The position numbers and the translations under genes were made by a program. 64,000 bases of DNA, from positions 142,166,001 through 142,230,000 of the forward strand of contig OZ024743.1 of NCBI GenBank assembly GCA_964016885.1. Reading direction: 5' to 3'. Shown piece after piece: positions 31,701 through 46,200 of this stretch (positions are counted from its first letter, which is position 1; every line of letters starts with the position of its first letter). The notes beneath the pieces are model-generated. The model did not search any database and was not told the origin of the DNA. It worked only from the letters and a program-made list of their open reading frames with translations. This DNA comes from Eledone cirrhosa (lineage: Eukaryota).

Positions 31701-34700
31701 AACACCAAGCACCAAACACCAGCCACCAAGCACCAAGCACCAAACACCAAACACCAAGCACTATACACCAAACACCAAACAACAAGCACCAGGCACCAAG
31801 CACCAAACGCCAAACACCAAGCACGCAGCACCAAACACCAAGCACCAAGCACCAAGCACCAAACACCAAGCACCAAGCACCAAGCACCAAACACCAAACA
31901 CCAAACACCAAGCACCAAGAACCAAACACCAAACACCAAACAGCAAGCACCAAGCACCAAACACCAAGCACCAAACACCAAACCCCAAGCACCAATCACC
32001 AAACACTAATCAACAAGCACCAAGCACCAAACACGAAGCACCAAGCAGCAAGCACCAAACACCAAGCACCATGCACCAAGCACCAAGCACCAAACACCAA
32101 GCACCAAGCACCAAACACCCAGCACCAAGCACCAAGCACCAAGCACCAAACACCAAGCACCAAGCACCAAGCACCAAGCACCAAGCACCAATCACCAAAC
32201 ATCAAGCACCAAGCACCAAACACCAAGCACCAGGCACCAAGCACCAAACACCAAGCACCAAACACCAAGCACCAAGCACCAAACACCAAGCACCAAGACC
32301 GAAGCACCAAACACCAAGCACCAAACTCCAAACACAAAACACCAAGCACCAAGCAGCAAGCACCAAGCACCAAACACCAATCACCTAGCACCAAACACCA
32401 AACACCAAACACCAAACACCAAGCACCAAGAACCAAACACCAAACACCAGACAGCAAGCACCAAGCACCAAACACCAAGCACCAAACACCAAACCCCAAG
32501 CACCAATCACCAAACACTAATCACCATGCACCAAGCACCAAACACCAAGCACCAAGCAGCAAGCACCAAACACCAAGCACCAAGCACCAAGCACCAAGCA
32601 CCAAGCACCAAGCACCAAACACCAAGCACCAAACACCAAACAACAAGAACCAGGCACCAAGCACCAAACACCAAACACCAAGCACCAAGCACCAAAGACC
32701 AAGCACCAAGCACCAGGCACTAAGTACCAAACACCAAACACCAAGCACCAAACACCAAACACCAAGCACCAAGCACCAAGCACGAAACACCAGGCACCAA
32801 GCACCAAGCACAAAACACCAAACACCAAGCACCAAACACCAGCCACCAAGCACCAAGCACCAAACACCAAACACCAAGCACTATGCACCAAACACCAAAC
32901 AACAAGCACCAGGCACCAAGCACCAAACGCCAAACACCAAGCACGCAGCACCAAACACCAAGCACCAAGCACCAAGCACCAAACACCAAGCACCAAGCAC
33001 CAAGCACCAAACACCAAACACCAAACACCAAGCACCAAGAACCAAACCCCAAACACCAAACAGCAAGCACCAAGCACCAAACACCAAGCACCAAACACCA
33101 AACCCCAAGCACCAATCACCAAACACTAATCAACAAGCACCAAGCACCAAACACGAAGCACCAAGCAGCAAGCACCAAACACCAAGCACCAAGCACCAAG
33201 CACCAAGCACCAAACACCAAGCACCAAGCACCAAACACCAAACCTCAAGCACCAAAGACCAAGCACCAAGCACCAAGCACCAAGCACCAAACACCAAGCA
33301 CCAAGCACCAAACACCCAGCACCAAGCACCAAGCACCAAACACCAAGCACCAAGCACCAAACACCAAACACCAAACACCAAGCACCAAGCACCAAACAGC
33401 AAGCACCAAACACCAAACAACAAACAGCAAACGCCAAACACCAAGCACCAAGCACCAAGCACCAAACACCAAGCACCAAGCACCAAGCACAAATCAGCAA
33501 ACACCAAGCACCAAGGACCAAACATCAAACACCAAGCAGCAAGCACCAAACACCGAACACCAAACACCGAACACCAATCACCAAGCACCAAGCACAAAGC
33601 ACCGAACACCAAGCACCAAACACCAAGCACCAAACACCAAGCACCAAACACCAAGCACCAGGCACCAAGCACCAAACACCAAGCACCATGCACCAAACAC
33701 CAAGCACCAAGCACGAAGCACCAAACACCAAGCACCAAACACCAAACACTTAACACCAAGAACCAAGCACCAAGCACCAAACACCAAGCACCAAACACCA
33801 AACACCAAGCACCAAGTATCAAACACCAAGCACCAAGCACCAAACACCAAGCACCAAACACCAAACACCAAGCACCAAACACCAGCCACCAAGCACCAAG
33901 CACCAAACACCAAACACCTAGCACTAAGCACCAAACACCAAACAACAAGCAGCAGGCACCAAGCACCAAACACCAAACACCAAGCACGCAGCACCAAACA
34001 CCAAGCACCAAGCACCAAACACCAATCACCTAGCACCAAGCACCAAACACCAAACACCAAACACCATGCACCAAGAACCAAACACCAAACACCAAACAGC
34101 AAGCACCAAGCACCAAACACCAAGCACCAAACACCAAACCCCAAGCACCAATCACCAAACACTAATCACCAAGCACCAAGCACCAAACACCAAGCACCAA
34201 GCACCAAGCACCAAGCAACAGCACCAAGCACCAAACACCAAGCACCAAGCACCAAACATCAAACACCAAACACCAAGCACCAAGCACCAAACAGCAAGCA
34301 CCAAATACCAAGCACCAAACACCAAGCACCAAACACCAAGCCCCACGCACCAAGCACCAAACACCAAACACCAAGCACCAAGCACCAAACACTAATCACC
34401 AAGCACCAAGCCCCTAGCACCAAACACCAAACACCAATCAAAAAGCACAAAACACCAAGCACCAATCACCAAGCACCAAACACCTAGCAGCAAGCAGCAA
34501 GCACCAAACACCAAACACAAAGCACCAAGCACCAAATACCAAACACCAAGCACCAAGGTCCAAACATCAAACACCAAGCACCAAACGCCTAACACCAAGC
34601 ACCAAGCACCAAGCACCAAGCACCAAACACAAAACACCAAGCACCAAGCACCAAGCAGCAAACACCAAACACCAAGCACCATGCACCAAGCACCAAACAC

Positions 34701-36820
34701 CAAACACCAAGCACCAAACACCAGATACCAAGCACCAAGCACCAAACACCAAACACCAAGCCCCAAGCACCAAACACCAAACAACAAGAACCAGGCACCA
34801 AGCACCAAACACCAAACACCAAACACCAAGCACGCAGCATCAAACACCAAGCACCAAGCACCAAGCACCAAAGACCAAGCACCAAGCACCAAGCACCAAG
34901 TACCAAACACCAAACACCAAGCACCAAACACCAAAAACCAAGCACCAAGCACCAAGCACGAAACACCAGGCACCAAGCACCAAGCACAAAACACCAAACA
35001 CCAAGCACCAAACACCAGCCACCAAGCACCAAGCACCAAACACCAAACACCAAGCACTATGCACCAAACACCAAACAACAAGCACCAGGCACCAAGCACC
35101 AAACGCCAAACACCAAGCACGCAGCACCAAACACCAAGCACCAAGCACCAAGCACCAAACACCAAGCACCAAGCACCAAGCACCAAACACCAAACACCAA
35201 ACACCAAGCACCAAGAACCAAACACCAAACACCAAACAGCAAGCACCAAGCACCAAACACCAAACACCAAGCACCAAACACCAGCCACCAAGCACCAAGC
35301 ACCAAACACCAAACACCAAGCACTAAGTACCAAACACCAAACAACAAGCAGCAGGCACCAAGCACCAAACACCAAACACCAAGCACGCAGCACCAAACAC
35401 CAAGCACCAAGCACCAAACACCCATCACCTAGCACCAAGCACCAAACACCAAACACCAAACACCAAGCACCAAGAACCAAACACCAAACACCAAACAGCA
35501 AGCACCAAGCACCAAACACCAAGCACCAAACACCAAACCCCAAGCACCAATCACCAAACACTAATCATCAAGCACCAAGCACCAAACACCAAGCACCAAG
35601 CACCAAGCACCAAGCACCAAGCACCAAGCACCAAAAACCAAGCACCAAGCACGAAACATCAAACACCAAACACCAAGCACCAAGCACCAAACAGCAAGCA
35701 CCAAATACCAAGCACCAAACACCAAGCACCAAACACCAAGCCCCACGCACCAAGCACCAAACACCAAACACCAAGCACCAAGCACCAAACACTAATCACC
35801 AAGCACCAAGCCCCTAGCACCAAACACCAAACACCAATCAAAAAGCACAAAACACCAAGCACCAATCACCAAGCACCAAACACCTAGCAGCAAGCAGCAA
35901 GCACCAAACACCAAACACAAAGCACCAAGCACCAAATACCAAACACCAAGCACCAAGGTCCAAACATCAAACACCAAGCACCAAACGCCTAACACCAAGC
36001 ACCAAGCACCAAGCACCAAGCACCAAACACAAAACACCAAGCACCAAGCACCAAGCAGCAAACACCAAACACCAAGCACCATGCACCAAGCACCAAACAC
36101 CAGATACCAAGCACCAAGCACCAAACACCAAACACCAAGCACCAAGCACCAAACACCAAACAACAAGAACCAGGCACCAAGCACCAAACACCAAACACCA
36201 AGCACCAAGCACCAAACACCAAAACCCAAGCACGCAGCATCAAACACCAAGCACCAAGCACCAAGCACCAAAGACCAAGCACCAAGCACCAAGCACCAAG
36301 TACCAAACACCAAACACCAAGCACCAAACACCAAGCACGAAACACCAGGCACCAAGCACCAAGCACAAAACACCAAACACCAAGCACCAAACACCAGCCA
36401 CCAAGCACCAAGCACCAAACACCAAACACCAAGCACTATGCACCAAACACCAAACAACAAGCACCAGGCACCAAGCACCAAACGCCAAACACCAAGCACG
36501 CAGCACCAAACACCAAGCACCAAGCACCAAGCACCAAACACCAAGCACCAAGCACCAAGCACCAAACACCAAACACCAAACACCAAGCACCAAGAACCAA
36601 ACACCAAACACCAAACAGCAAGCACCAAGCACCAAACACCAAGCACCAAACACCAAACCCCAAGCACCAATCACCAAACACTAATCAACAAGCACCAAGC
36701 ACCAAACACGAAGCACCAAGCAGCAAGCACCAAACACCAAGCACCATGCACCAAGCACCAAGCACCAAACACCAAGCACCAAGCACCAAACACCCAGCAC
36801 CAAGCACCAAGCACCAAACA
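27500..36820 (+). repeat. Tandem duplication of a ~4.65-4.7 kb unit with an internal ~1.4 kb duplication
   Basis: Offsets are 4648 (27869..28474/32517..33122; 28482..29381/33130..34029), 4696 (30865..31092/35561..35788) and 4675 (ATG 32071/36746). Internal offsets are 1421 (29542/30963) and 1400 (34259/35659). Confidence 0.9.
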
Positions 36821-36829
36821 CCAAGCACC

Positions 36830-39800
36830 AAGCACCAAACACCAAACACCAAACACCAAGCACCAAGCACCAAACAGCAAGCACCAAACACCAAACAACA
36901 AACAGCAAACGCCAAACACCAAGCACCAAGCACCAAGCACCAAACACCAAGCACCAAGCACCAAGCACAAATCAGCAAACACCAAGCACCAAGGACCAAA
37001 CATCAAACGCCAAGCACCAAGCACGAAACACCGAACACGAAACACCGAACACCAATCACCAAGCACCAAGCACAAAGCACCGAACACCAAGAACCAAACA
37101 CCAAGCACCAAACACCAAGCACCAAACACCAAGCACCAGGCACCAAACACCAAACACCAAGCACCATGCACCAAACACCAAGCACCAAGCACGAAGCACC
37201 AAACACCAAGCACCAAACACCAAACACTTAACACCAAGCACCAAGCACCAAGCACCAAACACCAAGCACCAAACACCAAACACCAAGCACCAAGTATCAA
37301 ACACCAAGCACCAAGCACCAAACACCAAGCAACAAGCACCAATCACCAAACAGCAAGAACCAAGCACTAAACACCAACTACCAAGCACCAAGTACATACA
37401 CCAAGCACCAAACACCAAACACAAAACACCAAGCACCAAACACCGAGCACCAAACACCAGATACCAAGCACCAAGCACCAAACACCAAACACCAAGCACC
37501 AAGCAGCAAACACCAAACAACAAGCACCAGGCACAAAGCACCATACACCAAACACCAAGCAGCAAGGACCAAACACCAAACACCAAGCACGCAGCATCAA
37601 ACACCAAGCACCAAGCACCAAGCACCAAGCAACAAACACCAAGCACCAAGCACCAAGTACCAAACACCAACCACCAAGCACCAAACACCAAACACCAAGC
37701 ACCAAGCACCAAGCACGAAACACCAGGCACCAAGCACCAAGCACCAAACAACAAGCACCAAACACCAAACACCAAGCACCAAGTATCAAACACCAAGCAC
37801 CAAGCACCAAACACCAAGCAGCAAGCACCAATCACCAAACACCAAGAACCAAGCACCAAACACCAACCACCAAGCACCAAGTACATACACCAAGCACCAA
37901 ACACCAAACACAAAACACCAAGCACCAAGCACCAAGCACCAAACACCAAGCCCCAAGCACCAAGCACCAAACACCAAACACCAAGCACCAAGCACCAAAC
38001 ACCAAGCACCAAGCACCAATCACGAAGAATGAAACAACAAGCAGCAAGCAGCAAGCACCAAACACCAAACACCAAGCACCAAACACCAAGCACCAAGCAC
38101 CAAGGACCCAACATGAAACACCAAGCCCCAAGCACCAAACACCAAACACCAAGCACCAACACCAAGCACCAAGCACCGAACACCAAGCCCCAAACACCAG
38201 GCACCAAACACCAAGCACCAAACACCAAACACTAAGTCCCACGCACCAAGCACCAAACACCAAACAGCAAGCACCAAGCACCAAACACCAAGCACCAAGC
38301 ACCAAGCCCCTAGCACCAAACACCAAACACCAAGCACCAAGCAATAAACACTAAGCACCAATCACCAAGCACCAAACACCAAGCAGCAAGCAGCAAGCAC
38401 CAAACACCAAAACCAAGCACCAAGCACCAAACACCAAACACCAAGCACCAAGCACTAAACATCAAACACCAAGCACTAAGCACCAAACACCTAACACCAA
38501 GCACCAAGCACCAAGCACGAAGCACCAAACACCAAGCACCAATCACCAAACACCAAGCACCAAGCACCAAACACCAAGCACCAGGCACCAAGCACCAAAC
38601 ACCAAGCACCAAGCACCAAACACCAAGCACCAAGACCGAAGCACCAAACGCCAAGCACCAAACACCAAGCACCAAACACCAAACACAAAACACCAAGCAC
38701 CAAACACCAAACACAAAACACCAAGCACCAAGCAGCAAGCACCAAACACCAAACACCAAGCACCAAGCACCAAACACCAAACACCAAGCACCAAGGACCA
38801 AACATCAAACACCAAGCACCAAGCACCAAACACCTAACACCAAGCACCAAGCACCAAGCCCCAAACACCAAGCACCAAGCAAAAAAAAAAGCACCAAGCA
38901 CCAAGCACCAAACACCAAGCACCAAGCACCAAACACCAAACCCCAAGCACCAAACACCAAACCGCAAGCACCAAGCACCAAACACTAATCACCAAGCACC
39001 AAGCACCAAGCATCAAACACCAAACACCAAGCACCAAGCACCAAACACCAAGCACCAAGCAGCAAACAGCAAACAACAAGCACCAGGCACAAAGCACCAT
39101 ACACCAAACACCAAGCAGCAAGCACCAAACACCAAACACCAAGCACGCAGCATCAAACACCAAGCACCAAGCACCAAGCACCAAGCAACAAACACCAAGC
39201 ACCAAGCACCAAGTACCAAACACCAACCACCAAGCACCAAACACCAAACACCAAGCACCAAGCACCAAGCACGAAACACCAGGCACCAAGCACCAAGCAC
39301 CAAACACCAAACACCAAGCACCAAACACCAAGCACCAGGCACCAAGCACCAAACACCAAGCACCAAGCACCAAACACCAAACACCAAACACCAAGCACCA
39401 AGCACCAAACAGCAAGCACCAAACACCAAACAACAAACAGCAAACGCCAAACACCAAGCACCAAGCACCAAGCACCAAACACCAAGCACCAAGCACCAAG
39501 CACAAATTAGCAAACACCAAGCACCAAGGACCAAACATCAAACACCAAGCACCAAGCACCAAACACCAAACACCAATCACCAAGCACCAAGCACAAAGCA
39601 CCGAACACCAAGCACCAAAAACCAAGCACCAAACACCAAGCATCAAACACCAAGCACCAAGCACGAAGCACCAAACACCAAGCACCAAACACCAAACACT
39701 TAACACCAAGCACCAAGCACCAAGCACCAAACACCAAGCACCAAACACCAAACACCAAGCACCAAGTATCAAACACCAAGCACCAAGCACCAAACACCAA

Positions 39801-40480
39801 GCAGCAAGCACCAATCACCAAACACCAAGAACCAAGCACCAAACACCAACTACCAAGCACCAAGTACATACACCAAGCACCAAAAACCAAACACAAAACA
39901 CCAAGCACCAAACACCGAGCACCAAACACCAGATACCAAGCACCAAGCACCAAACACCAAACACCAAGCACCAAGCAGCAAACACCAAACAACAAGCACC
40001 AGGCACAAAGCACCATACACCAAACACCAAGCAGCAAGCACCAAACACCAAACACCAAGCACGCAGCATCAAAAACCAAGCACCAAGCACCAAGCACCAA
40101 GCAACAAACACCAAGCACCAAGCACCAAGTACCAAACACCAACCATCAAGCACCAAACACAAAACACCAAGCACCAAGCAGCAAGCACGAAACACCAGGC
40201 ACCAAGCACCAAGCACCAAACACCAAGCACCAAACACCAAACACCAAGCACCAAGTATCAAACACCAAGCACCAACCACCAAACACCAAGCAGCAAGCAC
40301 CAATCACCAAACACCAAGAACCAAGCACCAAACACCAACCACCAAGCACCAAGTACATACACCAAGCACCAAACACCAAACACAAAACACCAAGCACCAA
40401 GCACCAAGCACCAAACACCAAGCCCCAAGCACCAAGCACCAAACACCAAACACCAAGCACCAAGCACCAAACACCAAGCA
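36830..40480 (+). repeat. More diverged segment with an older ~2.5 kb offset duplication
   Basis: Offset of 2472 (37378..37590/39850..40062; 37597..37782/40069..40254), with many private variants and an A10 tract at 38881. Confidence 0.75.
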
Positions 40481-40899
40481 CCAAGCACCAAGCACCATGC
40501 ACCAAACAACAAGCACCAAGCACCAAACACCAAACACCAAGATCCAAAGACCAAGCACCAAGCAGCAAGCACCAAACACCAAACACCATGCACCAAGCAC
40601 CAAACACCAAGCACCAAGGACCAAACATCAAACACCAAGCACCAAGCACCAAACACCTAACACCAAGCACCAAGCACCAAGCACCAAGCACCTAACACCA
40701 AGCACCAAACACCAAGCACCAAACACCAAGCACCAAGCACCAAACACCAAGCACCAAACACCAAGCACCAAGCACCAAGCACCAAATACCAAGCACCAGG
40801 CACCAAGCACCAAACGCCAAGCACCATGCACCAAGCACCAATCCCCAAATACTTAAAACCAAGCACCAAGCACGAAACACCAAGCACCAAGCACCAATC

Positions 40900-43800
40900 A
40901 CCAAACACCAAGAACCAAGCACCAAACACCAAGCACCAAGTACCAAGCAACAGGCACCAAGCACCAAGCACCAAACACAAAACACCAAGCACCAAGCACC
41001 AAGCAGCAAACACCAAGCATCAAACACCAAACACCAAACACCAAGCACCAAACACCAAGCACCAAGCACCAAACACCAAAGCCCAAGCACCAAGCACCAA
41101 GCACCAAACACCAAACACCAAGCACCAAGCACCAAACACCAAACAACAAGCACCAGGCACCAAGCTCCAAACACCAAACAACAAGCACGCAGCATGAAAC
41201 ACCAAGCACCAAGCACTAAACACCAAACACCAAGCACCAAACACCAGCCACCAAGCACTAAGCACCAAACACCAAACAACAAGCAGCAGGCACCAAGCAC
41301 CAAACACCAAACACCAAGCACGCAGCACCAAACACCAAGCACCAAGCACCAAGCACCAAACACCAAACTGCAAGCACCAATCACCAAACACCAAGCACCA
41401 AACACCAAACCCCAAGCACCAATCACCAAACACTAATCACCAAGCACCAAGCACCAAACACCAAGCACCAAGCAGCAAGCACCAAACACCAGCCACCAAG
41501 CACTAAGCACCAAACACCAAACAACAAGCAGCAGGCACCAAGCACCAAACACCAAACACCAAGCACGCAGCACCAAACACCAAGCACCAAGCACCAAGCA
41601 CCAAACACCAAACACCAAGCACCAAACACCAAACCCCAAGCACCAATCACCAAACACTAATCACCAAGCACCAAGCACCAAACACCAAGCACCAAGCAGC
41701 AAGCACCAAACACCAAGCACCAAGCACCAAGCACCAAGCACCAAACAACCAGCACCAAGCACCAAACACCAAACACCAAACACCAAGCACCAAGCAGCAA
41801 ACAGCAAGCACCAAACACCAAGCAACAAACACCAAGCACCAAGCACCAAACACAAAGCACCAAGCACCAAACAGCAGACACCAAGCACCAAGCACCAAAC
41901 ACCAAGCACCAAGCACCAAGCCCCTAGCACCAAACACCAAACACCAAGCAAAAAGCACAAAACACCAAGCACCAATCACCAAACACCAAACAACAAGCAG
42001 CAAGCAGCAAGCACCAAACACCAAACACCAAGCACCAAGCACCAAATACCAAACACCAAGCACCAAGGACCAAACATCAAACACCAAGCACCAAGCACCA
42101 AACGCCTAACACCAAGCACCAAGCACCAAGCACCAAACACCAAGCACCAAACACCAAGCAACAAGCACCAAGCACCAGGCACCAAGCACCAAGCACCAAA
42201 CACAAAACACCAAGCACCAAGCACCAAGCAGCAAACACCAAGCATCAAACACCAAACACCAAACACCAAGCACCAAACACCAAGCACCAAGCACCAAACA
42301 CCAAACACCAAGCACCAAGCACCAAACACCAAACACCAAGCACCAAACACCAGATACCAAGCACCAAGCACCAAACACCAAACACCAAGCACCAAGCACC
42401 AAACACCAAACAACAAGCACCAGGCACCAAGCACCAAACACCAAGCACCAAGCACCAAACACCAAACACCAAGCACGCAGCATCAAACACCAAGTACCAA
42501 GCACCAAGCACCAAACACCAAGCACCAAGCACCAAACACCAAGCACCAAACACAACGCACCAAGCAACAAACACCAAGCACCAAGCACCAAACACCAAGC
42601 ACCAAGCACCAAACACCAAACCACAAGCACCAAACACCAAACCCCAAGCACCAAGCACCAAACACTAATCACCAAGCACCAAGCACCAAACAACAAGCAC
42701 CAAGCACCAAGCACCAGGCACCAAGCACCAAGCACCAAACACTAATCACCAAGCACCAAGCACCAAGCACCAAACACCAAGCACCAAGCACCAAGCACCA
42801 AACACCAAGCACCAAGCGCCAAACACCAAACACCAAGATCCAAAGACCAAGCACCAAGCACCAAGCACCAAGCACCAAACAATAAGCACCAAGCACCAAA
42901 CACCAAGAACCAAGCACCAAGCACCAAACACCAAGCACCAAACACCAAACACCAAGCACCAAGCACCAAGCACCAAGCACCAAACACCAAGCACCAAGCA
43001 CTAAGCACCAAACACCAAGCCCCAAGCACCAAGCACCAAACACCAAACACCAAGCACCAAGCACCAAACACCAAGCACCAAGCACCAAGCACCTAGCACC
43101 AAACACCAAACACCAAGAACCAAGCACCAAACACCACACACCAATCACCTAGCACCAAACACCAAGCATCAAGCACCAGACACCAAGCACCAAGGACCAA
43201 ACATCAAACACCAAGCACCAAGCACCAAACACCTAACACCAAGCACCAAGCACCAAGCACCAAGCACCAAACACCAAGCACCAAAGACCAAGCACCAAGC
43301 ACCAAGCACCAAATACCAAGCACCAGGCACCAAGCACCAAACACCAAGCACCATGCACCAAGCACCAAGCTCCAAACACTTAACACCAAGCACCAAGCAC
43401 GAAACACCAAGCACCAAAAACCAAACACCAAGCACCAACTACTAAACACCAAGCACCAAGCACCAAACACCAAGCACCAAGCACCAATCACCAAACACCA
43501 AGAACCAAGCACCAAACACTAAGCAGCAAGGACCAAGTAACAGGCACCAAGCACCAAGCACCAAACACAAAACACCAAGCACCAAGCACCAAGCAGCAAA
43601 CACCAAACACCAAGCACCAAGCACCAAACACCAAGCACCAAGCACCAAACACCAAAGCCCAAGCACCAAGCACCAAGCACCAAACACCAAACACCAAGCA
43701 CCAAGCACCAAACACCAAAGCCCAAGCACCAAGCACCAAGCACCAAACACCAAACACCAAGCACCAAGCACCAAACACCAAACAACAAGCACCAGGCACC

Positions 43801-46200
43801 AAGCTCCAAACACCAAACAACAAGCACGCAGCATGAAACACCAAGCACCAAGCACTAAACACCAAACACCAAGCACCAAACACCAGCCACCAAGCACTAA
43901 GCACCAAACACCAAACAACAAGCAGCAGGCACCAAGCACCAAACACCAAACACCAAGCACGCAGCACCAAACACCAAGCACCAAACACCAAACCCCAAGC
44001 ACCAATCACCAAACACTAATCACCAAGCACCAAGCACCAAACACCAAGCACCAAGCAGCAAGCACCAAACACCAGCCACCAAGCACTAAGCACCAAACAC
44101 CAAACAACAAGCAGCAGGCACCAAGCACCAAACACCAAACACCAAGCACGCAGCACCAAACACCAAGCACCAAGCACCAAGCACCAAACACCAAACACCA
44201 AGCACCAAACACCAAACCCCAAGCACCAATCACCAAACACTAATCACCAAGCACCAAGCACCAAACACCAAGCACCAAGCAGCAAGCACCAAACACCAAA
44301 CTCCAAGCACCAAGCACCAAGCACCAAACACCCAGCACCAAGCACCAAACACCAAACACCAAACACCAAGCACCAAGCAGCAAACAGCAAGCACCAAACA
44401 CCAAGCAACAAACACCAAGCACCAAGCACCAAACACAAAGCACCAAGCACCAAACAGCAGACACCAAGCACCAAGCACCAAACACCAAGCACCAAGCACC
44501 AAGCCCCTAGCACCAAACACCAAACACCAAGCAAAAAGCACAAAACACCAAGCACCAATCACCAAACACCAAACAACAAGCAGCAAGCAGCAAGCACCAA
44601 ACACCAAACACCAAGCACCAAGCACCAAATACCAAACACCAAGCACCAAGGACCAAACATCAAACACCAAGCACCAAGCACCAAACGCCTAACACCAAGC
44701 ACCAAGCACCAAGCACCAAGCACCAAACACCAAGCACCAAACACCAAGCAACAAGCACCAAGCACCAGGCACCAAGCACCAAGCACCAAACACAAAACAC
44801 CAAGCACCAAGCACCAAGCAGCAAACACCAAGCATCAAACACCAAACACCAAACACCAAGCACCAAACACCAAGCACCAAGCACCAAACACCAAACACCA
44901 AGCACCATGCACCAAACACCAAACACCAAGCACCAAACACCAGATACCAAGCACCAAGCACCAAACACCAAACACCAAGCACCAAGCACCAAACACCAAA
45001 CAACAAGCACCAGGCACCAAGCACCAAACACCAAGCACCAAGCACCAAACACCAAACACCAAGCACGCAGCATCAAACACCAAGTACCAAGCACCAAGCA
45101 CCAAACACCAAGCACCAAGCACCAAACACCAAGCACCAAACACAACGCACCAAGCAACAAACACCAAGCACCAAGCACCAAACACCAAGCACCAAGCACC
45201 AAACACCAAACCACAAGCACCAAACACCAAACCCCAAGCACCAAGCACCAAACACTAATCACCAAGCACCAAGCACCAAACAACAAGCACCAAGCACCAA
45301 GCACCAGGCACCAAGCACCAAGCACCAAACACTAATCACCAAGCACCAAGCACCAAGCACCAAACACCAAGCACCAAGCACCAAGCACCAAACACCAAGC
45401 ACCAAGCGCCAAACACCAAACACCAAGATCCAAAGACCAAGCACCAAGCACCAAGCACCAAGCACCAAACAATAAGCACCAAGCACCAAACACCAAGAAC
45501 CAAGCACCAAGCACCAAACACCAAGCACCAAACACCAAACACCAAGCACCAAGCACCAAGCACCAAGCACCAAACACCAAGCACCAAGCACTAAGCACCA
45601 AACACCAAGCCCCAAGCACCAAGCACCAAACACCAAACACCAAGCACCAAGCACCAAACACCAAGCACCAAGCACCAAGCACCTAGCACCAAACACCAAA
45701 CACCAAGAACCAAGCACCAAACACCACACACCAATCACCTAGCACCAAACACCAAGCATCAAGCACCAGACACCAAGCACCAAGGACCAAACATCAAACA
45801 CCAAGCACCAAGCACCAAACACCTAACACCAAGCACCAAGCACCAAGCACCAAGCACCAAACACCAAGCACCAAAGACCAAGCACCAAGCACCAAGCACC
45901 AAATACCAAGCACCAGGCACCAAGCACCAAACACCAAGCACCATGCACCAAGCACCAAGCTCCAAACACTTAACACCAAGCACCAAGCACGAAACACCAA
46001 GCACCAAAAACCAAACACCAAGCACCAACTACTAAACACCAAGCACCAAGCACCAAACACCAAGCACCAAGCACCAATCACCAAACACCAAGAACCAAGC
46101 ACCAAACACTAAGCAGCAAGGACCAAGTAACAGGCACCAAGCACCAAGCACCAAACACAAAACACCAAGCACCAAGCACCAAGCAGCAAACACCAAGCAT
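40900..46200 (+). repeat. Tandem duplication of a 2583/2590-bp unit (369/370 monomers)
   Basis: Offsets are 2583 (41647..42087/44230..44670) and 2590 (42669..43148/45259..45738). The landmark (C/T)AACAGG recurs near 40950, 43540 and 46130. Confidence 0.9.
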
